From the NCBI GenBank assembly GCA_963664225.1, contig OY760937.1:64001-128000 (forward strand): DNA of 64,000 nt, read 5' to 3'. The notes under the pieces were generated by a model, which had not been told where the DNA came from, did no database searches, and saw only the letters and a list, made by a program, of their open reading frames with translations. The stretch comes from Verrucomicrobiia bacterium. Lineage in GTDB: Bacteria; Verrucomicrobiota; Verrucomicrobiia; Limisphaerales; UBA1319. Of the stretch, positions 51,335 through 61,862 are shown one piece after another (positions within the stretch are counted from its first letter, which is position 1; each line of letters starts with the position of its first letter). The translations under genes were made by a program, and so were the position numbers.

Positions 51335-52802
51335 TCAACCCCACGCGGCGGCACATTCCAAGTCATCCAATCGTCCAGAAAACGCGAAACAGTCCTCCCT
51401 CTCCGCTCTGGGGACCACGATGCGCGAAGCGCACGTCCCTTATTGGGCCACCAACTCGTGGCGGGCTTGGGAAGCCATTGGGCGGGGTGAGGTGGCTGGT
51501 CCCATCATTCCCGTCCAAATACACCAGCAACCCCCACTCCTCATTCTCCTGGGGGCCGGGATGAGAATTTCCCTAAACCAGGTATTTGTGCAAGTTACTT
51601 GTAATGAATTACATCCCACTTTTTGGTTCATGGGAAGGGCGTGCGTAAATGCCTTTTTCCATTTCGTATGGTTCGCATATTTCGTGGTCAAACTCGGTCC
51701 CTTTTCCCTATCCGTGCAATCCGTCATATCCGTGGTTAAAAATCTGCCCCCGCCAACCCCACGCGGCGGCACCTTCCAAACCGTGCAAAAAAACCAGGAC
51801 TCGCAATACTCCTCCCTCTCCGCTTTGGGGACCACGATGCGCGAAGCGCACGTCCCTTATTGGGCCACCAACTCGTGGCGGGCTTGGGAAGCCATTGGGA
51901 CGGGGTGAGGTGGCTTTTCGTATCCCATCATTCGCATCCAGGGTGTTCGTTTTTTCGATGCCTCAATTGTCCATTTTCTCCCTCATCCGTGCCATCCGTG
52001 CCATCAGTGCCATCAGTGGTTAAAAATCCTGCTCATCCTGCTTATCCATGTTGATATTTCTTCACCCACTTCTTTCCATGTAACTTGTAATGAAAGACAT
52101 CCCACTTTGGGTTCATGGGGAGGGATGAGAATTCCCCGAACCGAAAAGATCGCGCATTGAACCCCTGAACCAGGTATTTATGCATGTTGCTTGTAATGGA
52201 AGACATCGCACTTTTGGGTTCATGGGTAGGGCGTGCGTCAATACGTTTTCCATTTCGCATATTTCGTGGTTAATTTCCTTTTTTCTTTTCTTGTCAATCA
52301 TCCATTCTCCACTCGCCAACCCCACGCGGCGGCACCTCCAAACCACCCACTTGGTCATATGTCAATTGTCCCCTCGCCAACACGGTGCGGCCGTATCCTC
52401 CAAACCGTGCAAAAAAACCAGGACTCGCAATACTCCTCCCTCTCCGCTTTGGGGAGAGGGACGGGGTGAGGTGGCTTTTCGTATCCCATCATTCGCATCC
52501 AGGGTGTTCGTTTTTTCGATGCCTCAATTGTCCATTTCCTCCCTCATCCGTGCCATCCGTGCCATCAGTGGTTAAAAATCCTGCTCATCCTGCTTATCCA
52601 TGTTGATATTTCTTCACCCACTTCTTTCCATGTAACTTGTAATGAAAGACATCCCACTTTGGGTTCATGGGGAGGGCGGTCGTCCTTTCGTATCTGACTT
52701 TTGCCGGACCCTCAATCGGCGCCCGGCCATTCCCGAAACTCTTGCATTATTTGTTTCTTATATACTCACAAGCCCTTTTTAAGGACTTTTTTGCTCGCCG
52801 AA
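51335..52802. repeat. Tandemly duplicated nested repeat array (right part of the element)
   Basis: Leader motif at 51344, 51762, 52325 and degenerate at ~52386; identical 65-bp inserts at 51415-51479 and 51832-51896; ~220-bp near-identical duplication 51897-52124 vs 52458-52676. Confidence 0.85.
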
Positions 52803-52829
52803 GAATTATGTCCTGCACCCTCTTCTTCA

Positions 52830-53149
52830 GGGTGCAGGACATAATTCAGGAAGCTGGTAAAAGCCTAAACCATACGAACCCATCCAGGACTCCAGTCTGC
52901 GGTGTGGGGCATGGTATCCGACGCGGCGGCATCCTCCAAACCGTGCAATAAACCCAGGGCTCGCAATACTCCTCCTTCTCCTGGGGGAGAAGGCCGGGTT
53001 GAGGGCGGTCGTCCTTTCGTATCTGACTTTTGCCAGACCCTCAATCGGCGCCCGGCCATTCCCGAAACTCTTGCTATATTTGTTTCTTATGTACTCACAA
53101 GCCCTTTTTAAGGACTTTTTTGCTCGCCGAAGAATTATGTCCTGCACCC
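52830..53149. mobile_element. 320-bp MITE, minimal version of the adjacent 6.2-kb element
   Basis: Perfect 18-bp TIRs gggtgcaggacataattc / gaattatgtcctgcaccc; identical 9-bp flanks tcttcttca (52821-52829, 53150-53158); both ~150-bp halves match the ends of the large element. Confidence 0.85.
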
Positions 53150-53330
53150 TCTTCTTCATTCGCCCGATTTGCGGACTTGATTTGCCTTGGGTCATGGTTT
53201 ACAGAATTGGGTCGTAAAGCTGTAATTGGGTCTTGAGTGTGGGGATCATATTGTGCAACTTTTGCCAACCTTGGCGCCAATGGAGTTGGCTCCGGGAGGG
53301 CAAGTCCGGTGTGGGTTTGCGTATTAATAA

Positions 53331-54218
53331 ATGAGAGCTTTGATTATCGCCGCGTTGTTTTGGGTCCAGTTCCCGGTCGCCCAAGCCGCTGAGGCGTCCG
53401 CCGAGGCGGAAGGCCATGGCATTCCTTTGCACGCGGTTGAAATCTTCAAAATTGGGCCGTTTCCCATCACCAATTCCATTCTGGTCACCTGGTTTGTGGC
53501 TCTGGGCATCATCCTGTTCGCCCGCCTGGCCACCCGTCAAATGCGCGACGTTCCCTCGGGCGCGCAGAACTTGTTGGAATGGCTGGTGGAGGGGCTCTAT
53601 GATTTTCTTACGGGCATCATTGGATCGACCCTGGCCAAAAAGACCTTCTGGTTTTTCGCCACGGTTTTCATTTTCATCCTGAGCGCGAACTGGTTCGGAT
53701 TGATCCCCGGAGCCGGCACGATTGGCTGGGGGCATGCGGGCGAGAAAGGGTTCGTCGTCACCGAACCGTTCTTTCGCGGGGTCAACGCCGATCTGAACAT
53801 GACATTTGCGATGGCGATGATTTTCTTTGTTCTTTGGACGGTTTGGGCGCTGCAAATCAACGGCATCAAGGGATTCTTTATGCATATTTTCGGGGCTCCC
53901 AAAGGAGACATGCAGGGCATCATGAAGTTTGTGATGGCGGCAGTGTTTTTGATGGTCGGTTTGCTGGAGGTCGTTTCGATTATGTTTCGACCCGTTTCTT
54001 TGAGCTTTCGTCTATTTGGAAACGTCTATGCGGGTGAGAACATGCTCGAGGCGATGTCCAACATCGTCCCCCAACTCAACTGGCTCATCCCGGTGCCGTT
54101 TTATTTTCTGGAAGTATTGGTGGGCCTGATTCAGGCCATGGTGTTCATGTTATTAACGGCGGTGTTTACGCAGCTCATTTGCCAGCACGAGGAGGACCCC
54201 GGGGCCGCGCACCATTAA
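53331..54218 (+). CDS. atpB: F0F1 ATP synthase subunit a
   Basis: RPVSLSFRLFGNVYAGE, LIQAMVFMLLT. Confidence 0.96.
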   Translation: MRALIIAALFWVQFPVAQAAEASAEAEGHGIPLHAVEIFKIGPFPITNSILVTWFVALGIILFARLATRQMRDVPSGAQNLLEWLVEGLYDFLTGIIGSTLAKKTFWFFATVFIFILSANWFGLIPGAGTIGWGHAGEKGFVVTEPFFRGVNADLNMTFAMAMIFFVLWTVWALQINGIKGFFMHIFGAPKGDMQGIMKFVMAAVFLMVGLLEVVSIMFRPVSLSFRLFGNVYAGENMLEAMSNIVPQLNWLIPVPFYFLEVLVGLIQAMVFMLLTAVFTQLICQHEEDPGAAHH

Positions 54219-54285
54219 AGAAACAATTTCGGCGGCTGGATCGTGGCAAACGCGAGGGCCGCTGACCAAAGCACAAAGGAAACGT

Positions 54286-54501
54286 ATGATGATCCCCCTG
54301 TTAGCGGAAATGAATGGCAATATCCACATCGCTGGCGCCTGTTTGGGCGCGGCACTGGGTGTGGGCTTGATTGGCGCAAAAGCCTCGGAAGCGGTCGGAC
54401 GCAATCCAGGCGCATCCACGAAGGTCCTTGTTCAGGCCATTCTGAGCACGGCCTTCGCCGAAGGTATCGTGTTTTTCGCGATTTTCCTGGCGGGTAAGTA
54501 A
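54286..54501 (+). CDS. atpE: F0F1 ATP synthase subunit c
   Basis: GxGxxG helix, GRNP loop, AFAEG proton-binding Glu. Confidence 0.95.
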   Translation: MMIPLLAEMNGNIHIAGACLGAALGVGLIGAKASEAVGRNPGASTKVLVQAILSTAFAEGIVFFAIFLAGK

Positions 54502-54555
54502 TTCGCGGATGCGGTGATTTGAAGTCACCGCGTCCGTTTACTTTGTTTCGGTGTT

Positions 54556-55107
54556 ATGAATTCGTATATTTTATTGGGCAATATTGCCGGGGACTTGAGC
54601 CAGTCGGGGCGTGAAGTCGTCACCACGTTCGGTTTGAGCTGGCCGGCGTTCATCGCGCAGGTGATCAGTTTCACCATTGTGGCCCTGGCTCTGCGCCAAT
54701 GGGCTTACAAGCCCATCCTGCAGGTGCTTGAATTCCGCCGCCAGACCATTGCCGACGGTATTTCCAACGCGGAAAAGATCAAAGCCGAACTGGCAAAGGC
54801 CGAGACGGCCCGCAAGGAAATCATCGTCCAGGCCAACGCCCAGGCCAATGAATTGATCGCCGAAGCGCGTGCCGCTGCAAGCCGCGTCAACGAGGTCGAG
54901 ATTCAAAAAGCGGTGGCCGCCGCCGAACAGATCATTGCCAAGGCGCGCGAGGCGGCTCTGGCCGACCATGCCAGGATGCTTGCCGATCTCAAACGCGAAG
55001 TGGGCCGGCTGGTGGTCGAAACGACTGTCCGGGTCTCCGGCAAGGTGCTGACGATGGAGGATCAACAGCGGTTGATCCGGGAAACCAATGACCAACTGGC
55101 CGCCTGA
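54556..55107 (+). CDS. atpF: F0F1 ATP synthase subunit b
   Basis: AQVISF..V..L...AYKPI..L..R, coiled coil; operon position. Confidence 0.95.
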   Translation: MNSYILLGNIAGDLSQSGREVVTTFGLSWPAFIAQVISFTIVALALRQWAYKPILQVLEFRRQTIADGISNAEKIKAELAKAETARKEIIVQANAQANELIAEARAAASRVNEVEIQKAVAAAEQIIAKAREAALADHARMLADLKREVGRLVVETTVRVSGKVLTMEDQQRLIRETNDQLAA

Positions 55108-55139
55108 AGCGCTGCCGTGACGAAACAACGGATTCTCCC

Positions 55140-55535
55140 ATGAAAGCCTCCAAACTGGCCCGCCGCGAAGCAAAAACGCTCCTGAAACTGTGCAGGGTCG
55201 ATGGCCTGATCGATGCCTCCCGCGTTCAACTCGTGGTCAACCGGTTGATCGCTACAAAACCCAGGCAATATGTGGCGATTCTGACCGATTTCTATCGCCT
55301 TTTTCGGCTGGAAACCGAGATGAAAGCCGTTCAGGTTCAAACCGTTATCCCCTTGTCGGACACTTTGAAGTCCGACTTGCAGGCGAATCTGGATCGGCGT
55401 TATGGCAAAGGCCTCGAATATCAGTTTTCACAAAATCCCGCTTTGCTGGGCGGCATGCGTGTCCAGGTGGGCAGCGATGTTTTCGACGGCAGCATCCGCG
55501 CGCGATTGAATGCGCTGGAAGAAAAATTTAACTGA
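55140..55535 (+). CDS. atpH: F0F1 ATP synthase subunit delta (short form)
   Basis: [25 protein letters not shown]. Confidence 0.93.
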   Translation: MKASKLARREAKTLLKLCRVDGLIDASRVQLVVNRLIATKPRQYVAILTDFYRLFRLETEMKAVQVQTVIPLSDTLKSDLQANLDRRYGKGLEYQFSQNPALLGGMRVQVGSDVFDGSIRARLNALEEKFN

Positions 55536-55537
55536 AC

Positions 55538-57079
55538 ATGAGCACGTTATTACAAGATATTGAAGCCCAGATTGCCGGTGTAAAAACCAATGTAAACCGG
55601 CAAAACGTGGGTGTGGTCCGGGAAATCGGCGATGGTGTGGCCAAGATTGAGGGCCTCAACGATGTCATGGCCAACGAAATGATCGACTTCGGTCATGGCG
55701 TGATGGGTCTGGCATTGAACCTGGAGGAAACCGAGGTGGGCGCCATTATTCTGGGCGATTACACCCACATCAAGGAGGGCCAGGAAGTCCGCACCACCGG
55801 CAAACTGCTGCAGATTCCCGTGGGCAAAGGCTTGCTCGGTCGCGTGGTGGACGTCCTCGGCAATCCGTTGGACGGCAAGGGTCCCATCGTCAGCGACACG
55901 GCGTATCCGGTGGAAAAAATCGCTCCCGGCATCATCAAGCGCCGCTCGGTCACTCAGCCGGTGCAAACGGGCATCCTGCCCATCGACGCCATGATTCCGA
56001 TCGGTCGCGGCCAGCGAGAACTGATCATTGGCGATCGTTCCACCGGCAAAACGACGATTTGCATCGATACGATCATCAATCAGGCGCGGATGAACAAGGC
56101 GGCGGAGGCGTCCAAGGAAAAGGATTTTCGCCCTCTATATTCCATCTACGTCGCTGTGGGGCAGAAACAGTCGAACATTGCCCGTGTGATCAGCGTGCTC
56201 GAAGAAAACGGAGCCATGCCCTACACGATCATCGTTGTGGCCAGCGCCTCGGATTCCGCCACCAACCAGTATCTGGCGCCGTTCTCGGGATGCGCCATCG
56301 GCGAGTGGTTCATGGATAACGGCATGGACGCGCTGATTATTTTTGATGATTTGTCCAAGCACGCCGCGGCTTACCGTCAGGTCTCCCTCATTTTGAAGCG
56401 TCCCTCCGGTCGTGAAGCCTATCCGGGCGATGTATTTTATCTCCATAGCCGGTTGCTGGAGCGTTCCGCGCGGTTGAACGAAAAGAGCGGCAACGGCTCG
56501 CTGACGGCGTTGCCGATCATCGAAACCCAGCTAGGCGACGTTTCGGCTTACATTCCCACGAACGTGATTTCCATCACGGACGGCCAGATTTTCCTTGAAA
56601 CCGATTTGTTCTATCAGGGCATTCGTCCTGCAATTTCCGTCGGCATTTCAGTCTCCCGCGTCGGTTCCGCCGCGCAGATCAAGGCTATGAAGCAGGTGGC
56701 TGGACGCGTCAAGCTCGAGCTGGCCCAGTTCCGTGAATTGGCCGCTTTCGCTCAATTCGGATCGGACCTGGATGCGGGTACGGCGGCGAAGATCGAGCGT
56801 GGCAAACGCATTGTGGAAATCTTCAAACAGGCCCAGTACAACCCCATTCCGGTCGAGATCCAGGTGGCGGTGATCTGGTGCTCGCAAAACGGTTATTTCG
56901 ACGATGTGCCGGTGGAAAAGGTCAAGGATTTCCAGGCGAAATTGACGGATTACCTGACGGGCCGCAAACCGGAGCTTCTGGCGAAGATTGCAAAGGAAAA
57001 AGCGCTCAACGACGCGCTTTCCGCCGACCTAAAGGCGGCCATTGTGGAATTCAAACAGGGATACAATCCCAAGGCTTAA
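55538..57079 (+). CDS. atpA: F0F1 ATP synthase subunit alpha
   Basis: [36 protein letters not shown]. Confidence 0.98.
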   Translation: MSTLLQDIEAQIAGVKTNVNRQNVGVVREIGDGVAKIEGLNDVMANEMIDFGHGVMGLALNLEETEVGAIILGDYTHIKEGQEVRTTGKLLQIPVGKGLLGRVVDVLGNPLDGKGPIVSDTAYPVEKIAPGIIKRRSVTQPVQTGILPIDAMIPIGRGQRELIIGDRSTGKTTICIDTIINQARMNKAAEASKEKDFRPLYSIYVAVGQKQSNIARVISVLEENGAMPYTIIVVASASDSATNQYLAPFSGCAIGEWFMDNGMDALIIFDDLSKHAAAYRQVSLILKRPSGREAYPGDVFYLHSRLLERSARLNEKSGNGSLTALPIIETQLGDVSAYIPTNVISITDGQIFLETDLFYQGIRPAISVGISVSRVGSAAQIKAMKQVAGRVKLELAQFRELAAFAQFGSDLDAGTAAKIERGKRIVEIFKQAQYNPIPVEIQVAVIWCSQNGYFDDVPVEKVKDFQAKLTDYLTGRKPELLAKIAKEKALNDALSADLKAAIVEFKQGYNPKA

Positions 57080-57191
57080 AGGTCTGTTTACCCTTTGGCC
57101 TGTCAACCATCTGGCCTGTTGGCCAATGCGGTGTTTTTCAGAAGGCAGGAGGTTCTCGCGGGCTTCCTGCCTCTTCATGTACGCAGGCTGC

Positions 57192-57749
57192 TCAAGCGTG
57201 TTGAGCACGGGCTGTGAGCGTGCCTGCAATGGCGCCGCACAGATGGCCCTCCCAGGAGATGGGGCCGTTCTGGGGCAGCACGCCATAGAACATGCCACCG
57301 AATAATATCAGCACGGCTCCCGCCACAAAGGCAGCCCGCCAGCTTTTCATCCACAGGGCCGCGACGATCAGGTAGGCGGCCAGACCGAAGATTACGGAAC
57401 TGGCTCCAATGTGAATCGTGTGTCCGCGTCCCACCAGCCATGTGCCAAAGCCGCTGGCCACCCAAATGATGGCCAATGTGCGCCAGGGTTTATAATGCCG
57501 GTCCGCAAGCAGGAGGATGAGAAAAATGAACAGCGGCAGGGCATTGGCCAGGAGATGATTCCAGTTGGCATGGAGGAGGGGACTGAACACGATTCCCACC
57601 AGACCCGGACGGGTTCGCGGCACAATGCCAAAGGGTCCGGCGGAGATGGCCAGGGCCATGCGCAGCAAATGCGCCGCGAAAAGGACGCACACAGAGATGG
57701 CACTGATTTCCACAGCGTCCATGACACCCCGCTGGCTTGGTTTACCCAT
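57192..57749 (-). CDS. Rhomboid family intramembrane serine protease
   Basis: PLLHANWNHLLAN, HIGASS, ISWEGHLCG; start uncertain. Confidence 0.88.
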   Translation of the reverse strand: MGKPSQRGVMDAVEISAISVCVLFAAHLLRMALAISAGPFGIVPRTRPGLVGIVFSPLLHANWNHLLANALPLFIFLILLLADRHYKPWRTLAIIWVASGFGTWLVGRGHTIHIGASSVIFGLAAYLIVAALWMKSWRAAFVAGAVLILFGGMFYGVLPQNGPISWEGHLCGAIAGTLTARAQHA

Positions 57750-57942
57750 TGGCGCGATGATGCCGGTCGCGCGCGTTGGGGTAAAAGAAAAAATGGACTG
57801 TGCGATGACCTGTTGGACCGGGGATGTGGTGTTGAAAAGGTGGGCCGACAAGGTATAATCCACATTGCCTTGCGCGGATGAGACATGGTGTGATGCCGGG
57901 GAAGGAATTGTTATTTGGTTCTAACGGAAAATCAGGGTCCTT

Positions 57943-58809
57943 ATGAAATTATCGCAATTATATCGCCAGCCCGGGTTCGTGCTGTCCTTCGAGGTGTTTC
58001 CACCCAAGCCGGAGACTCCTCTCGAGACGGTCTTCGAGACCATCAGGCAACTTAGGGAGTTGAAGCCGAGCTTCATCAGCGTGACCTATGGGGCGGGCGG
58101 CTCCCAAAAGGGCCGGACGGTGGAGATTGCCTCACGGATCAGGAACGAGTTTGGATTGGAAGCAATGGCGCACCTGACCTGCGTGGGCCACACGAGGGCG
58201 GATATCGACCGGATTCTGGCCGATCTCGCTGAATACGGTGTGGATAATGTGCTGGCCCTGCGCGGCGATCCGCCGCATAACCAGCCGGATTTCGATTTCA
58301 GCAAGGGGGAGTTCAAGTACGCCACGGAGTTGGTGCGGCACATCCGCCAGAGGCCGGATTTTTGTGTGGTGGCAGCCGCCTACCCAGAGGGGCACCGCGC
58401 CTCGTCGCGGATTTCCGAGGATTGGCGACATTTGAAGGAAAAGGTCGATGCCGGCGCCGAGGTGTTGATCACGCAATTATTTTACGACAACCGGGTGTTT
58501 TTCCATTTCCTGGAAACGGTGCGTTCGATGGGGATTAATTGTCCGATCGTGCCGGGCATCATGCCCATTTTTAATGCCAAACAGATCAAGCGCATTCTGA
58601 CGATGTGCGGCGCGGCCATGCCGCCCGAGGTGCTGCTCATGCTCGACAAATATGAGAATTCGCCCGAGGACATGCTCAAGGCGGGGGTGGAGTTCGCGGT
58701 GCGCCAGATTCAGGAATTAATGGCCAATGGGGCCGATGGAATCCATTTGGAGCCAATGAACAAGCCCGATGTGGCACGGGAAATTTTGCGGGGAATTGGG
58801 AAAATATAA
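57943..58809 (+). CDS. metF: Methylenetetrahydrofolate reductase
   Basis: SFEVFPPK, SVTYGAGG, AHLTC, LALRGD, YPEGH, ITQLF. Confidence 0.96.
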   Translation: MKLSQLYRQPGFVLSFEVFPPKPETPLETVFETIRQLRELKPSFISVTYGAGGSQKGRTVEIASRIRNEFGLEAMAHLTCVGHTRADIDRILADLAEYGVDNVLALRGDPPHNQPDFDFSKGEFKYATELVRHIRQRPDFCVVAAAYPEGHRASSRISEDWRHLKEKVDAGAEVLITQLFYDNRVFFHFLETVRSMGINCPIVPGIMPIFNAKQIKRILTMCGAAMPPEVLLMLDKYENSPEDMLKAGVEFAVRQIQELMANGADGIHLEPMNKPDVAREILRGIGKI

Positions 58810-58990
58810 TTTGCAAAACCGTGATTTTATGCTTGCTCATCTTCCATAAACGATTAAACTGGACGCCGTTGGATTCATGTCACTACATGGCTTGGAAGTC
58901 TGCCAGTTGAACATGGTTTGATGGCGGCCTGTAACCCGGAGGTCGGGAACAAGGCGTGCAGGGACGCTCCATTGAAAAGTAGATATTATC

Positions 58991-59311
58991 ATGAGCACAC
59001 GGTTATTCGTAGGAAATCTCTCCTTCAAAACTACCCAGGATCAACTCCAGGCAATCTTCGCCGCCCATGGCGTCGTCAATAATGTGGACATGATCATGGA
59101 TAAATTCAGCGGACGCCCCCGTGGGTTCGCTTTTGTCACCATGGAGGAAGCAGTAGCTGCTGAACAGGCCATCGAAGCCTTGCATGGGAAAAGTGTGGAT
59201 GGCCGCGATCTGACCGTCAATATTGCCCGTCCTCGCGAAGATCGCCCAGATCGTGATAATCGCGATAATCGAAGCGACCGAGCTCCCCGGTCCTATGATA
59301 ACCGGGCTTGA
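58991..59311 (+). CDS. RRM (RNP-1/RNP-2) RNA-binding protein
   Basis: LFVGNL and RGFAFV motifs. Confidence 0.93.
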   Translation: MSTRLFVGNLSFKTTQDQLQAIFAAHGVVNNVDMIMDKFSGRPRGFAFVTMEEAVAAEQAIEALHGKSVDGRDLTVNIARPREDRPDRDNRDNRSDRAPRSYDNRA

Positions 59312-59335
59312 GTCAAAATAAAACTTGCATTACGC

Positions 59336-59364
59336 AGGGACGCCTCACAAAGGCGTCCCTTTTT
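59336..59364 (+). terminator. Rho-independent terminator
   Basis: agggacgcct-caca-aaggcgtccct followed by a T-run, between convergent genes. Confidence 0.8.
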
Positions 59365-59390
59365 GCGTACGCGTTCCAATTCGGGCGCAG

Positions 59391-59951
59391 TTAAACGGTC
59401 ATCAGCTCTTTTTCCTTGGCTGCGAGCTGCTGATCGATTTTTCCGATGTAATCATCGGTCAATTTCTGGATTTCCTTTTCCGTGGTCTTCTGCTCGTCCT
59501 CGGTGATCGAGGAGGCCTTGGCCTCTTTTTTCAGATTCTCAATGGCATCGCGACGAATATGACGAATGGAGACCCTGCCGTCTTCGGAGAGTTTATGGAC
59601 AAGCTTGGTCAATTCCTGGCGGCGTTCCTGGCTGAGATCGGGGAGAACCAGCCGTATGATCTTCTTGTCGATGGCCGGATTGATGCCCAGGTTGCTCTTT
59701 TGAATGGCCTTTTCGATGGGATGAAGCATGGAGGCATCCCAGGGCGTGACAACGATGACGCGGGACTCGGGGGTGGTGATGCCGGCCAGCTCGCGCAAAC
59801 GCATCTGGCCTCCATAGGCTTCAACGGGAAGGTTTTCCACAAGCGCGGGTGAGGCCTTGCCCGTGCGGACTCCGCTGAACTCGTGGATTACGACATCCAG
59901 CGACTTGATCATGCGCTCCTCGGTCCCCAGTAAAATATCGTCAATTGTCAT
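59391..59951 (-). CDS. frr: Ribosome recycling factor
   Basis: VRTGKASP, IEKAI..SNLGINP, IRHIRRDA. Confidence 0.97.
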   Translation of the reverse strand: MTIDDILLGTEERMIKSLDVVIHEFSGVRTGKASPALVENLPVEAYGGQMRLRELAGITTPESRVIVVTPWDASMLHPIEKAIQKSNLGINPAIDKKIIRLVLPDLSQERRQELTKLVHKLSEDGRVSIRHIRRDAIENLKKEAKASSITEDEQKTTEKEIQKLTDDYIGKIDQQLAAKEKELMTV

Positions 59952-60020
59952 AGCTGGTTTAGTTTAGCAAAAAACAGGTGCAATGTAAAGAAGCATTCGA
60001 GTGTTTCTGGCCGGCCCGCA

Positions 60021-60863
<843 letters not shown>

Positions 60864-60902
60864 CTATCAGCGAAACACCGGTTCGTCAATGGGACCGAAG
60901 AC

Positions 60903-60932
60903 AAAAAAAGCGGCAGTCACAGGACTGCCGCT
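60903..60932 (-). terminator. Rho-independent terminator after tsf
   Basis: Minus strand agcggcagtc-ctgt-gactgccgc followed by a T-run. Confidence 0.8.
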
Positions 60933-60978
60933 TGAAAGGCTGCCGGAACGCAAAAGATTGCGTCCGCAAGAAACGGGA

Positions 60979-61821
60979 TCAACCGTTGAATTCTTCGCCC
61001 ACCTGGAAGCGCACGAAACGGCGCACCGCAAGCTCGTCGCCCAATGTTTTGCTGACGGCCGCAAGGTGCTCCTTGACCGTGATCTCTCCGTTTTGTTTGA
61101 CGAATCCCTGTTCGAGCAGACAGACGGTTTGATAGAACTTATCCAATTTGCCGGAGACAATTTTCTCAACGACACCCGCCGGTTTGTTTTTGACCTGCTC
61201 GGCGGCGATTTCTTTTTCCTTGGCAATCGTGGCGGGATCGACATTTTCGCGGCTCACGGAAATCGGGCTGGCCGCCGCGATCTGCAGGGTGACGTCCTTG
61301 ACGACTTGCTTGAAGGCTTCAGTCTGGATGGAGGCCTCTTTTCCAGCGGCCACTTCGACCAGAACTCCGACTTTGGCGCCGGTATGAATGTAAGCGGCAA
61401 CGGCTCCGTTCCCGGTTACTTCAAAACGCTGCATGCGGGCGATTTTGATGTTCTCGCCGATTTTGGCGACCTGCGCCATGCGGACGGCCTCGAGATCCGC
61501 CTTTGGATTTGCGGCGAGCGCCTTGGCGGCCTCATCGCAGAAGGCGCGGAAGGTGTCGTTTTTGGCGACAAAATCCGTTTCGCAATTCACTTCGACCAGA
61601 ATGCCCACTTTGGCTCCCGGTTGGATGTGCTGGGCAATCACCCCGTCCTTGGCGGATCGGGAGGCCTTTTTGGCTGCGGTGGCCATGCCTTTTTTGCGGA
61701 GGAAATCGACAGCGGTGTCGAGATCACCCTTGCATTCGGTCAAGGCCTTTTTGCAATCCATCATTCCGACATTGGTGATTTCGCGTAATTTCGCGACCAT
61801 TGCGGCTGTAATTTCTGCCAT
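60979..61821 (-). CDS. tsf: Translation elongation factor Ts
   Basis: GMMDCKKAL, EVNCETDFVAKN. Confidence 0.98.
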   Translation of the reverse strand: MAEITAAMVAKLREITNVGMMDCKKALTECKGDLDTAVDFLRKKGMATAAKKASRSAKDGVIAQHIQPGAKVGILVEVNCETDFVAKNDTFRAFCDEAAKALAANPKADLEAVRMAQVAKIGENIKIARMQRFEVTGNGAVAAYIHTGAKVGVLVEVAAGKEASIQTEAFKQVVKDVTLQIAAASPISVSRENVDPATIAKEKEIAAEQVKNKPAGVVEKIVSGKLDKFYQTVCLLEQGFVKQNGEITVKEHLAAVSKTLGDELAVRRFVRFQVGEEFNG

Positions 61822-61862
61822 AATTCGTTCCTTAATGAATGTTGATCGTTGGTGTAAATGGA

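Larger units (their letters stand above)
46621..52820. mobile_element. 6200-bp non-autonomous TIR element (cargo cassette) with 9-bp target duplication
   Basis: Left TIR gggtgcatgacaaaattc (46621-46638), right TIR gaattatgtcctgcaccc (52803-52820), 16/18 match; flanked by tcttgttca (46612-46620) and tcttcttca (52821-52829); no transposase inside. Confidence 0.75.

Noticed and set aside
51335..53158. CRISPR array
   Set aside because: Repeat units are long, mosaic and irregularly spaced, the intervening sequences are themselves repeated, and there are no cas genes.
46618..53280. Many short ORFs across the repeat regions (e.g. RGSMRDLFGSGNSHP, MREAHVPYWATNSW, and the first ~49 codons of ORF 49606-51366)
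   Set aside because: They are translations of non-coding repeat modules and occur in several frames with no consistent start or RBS.
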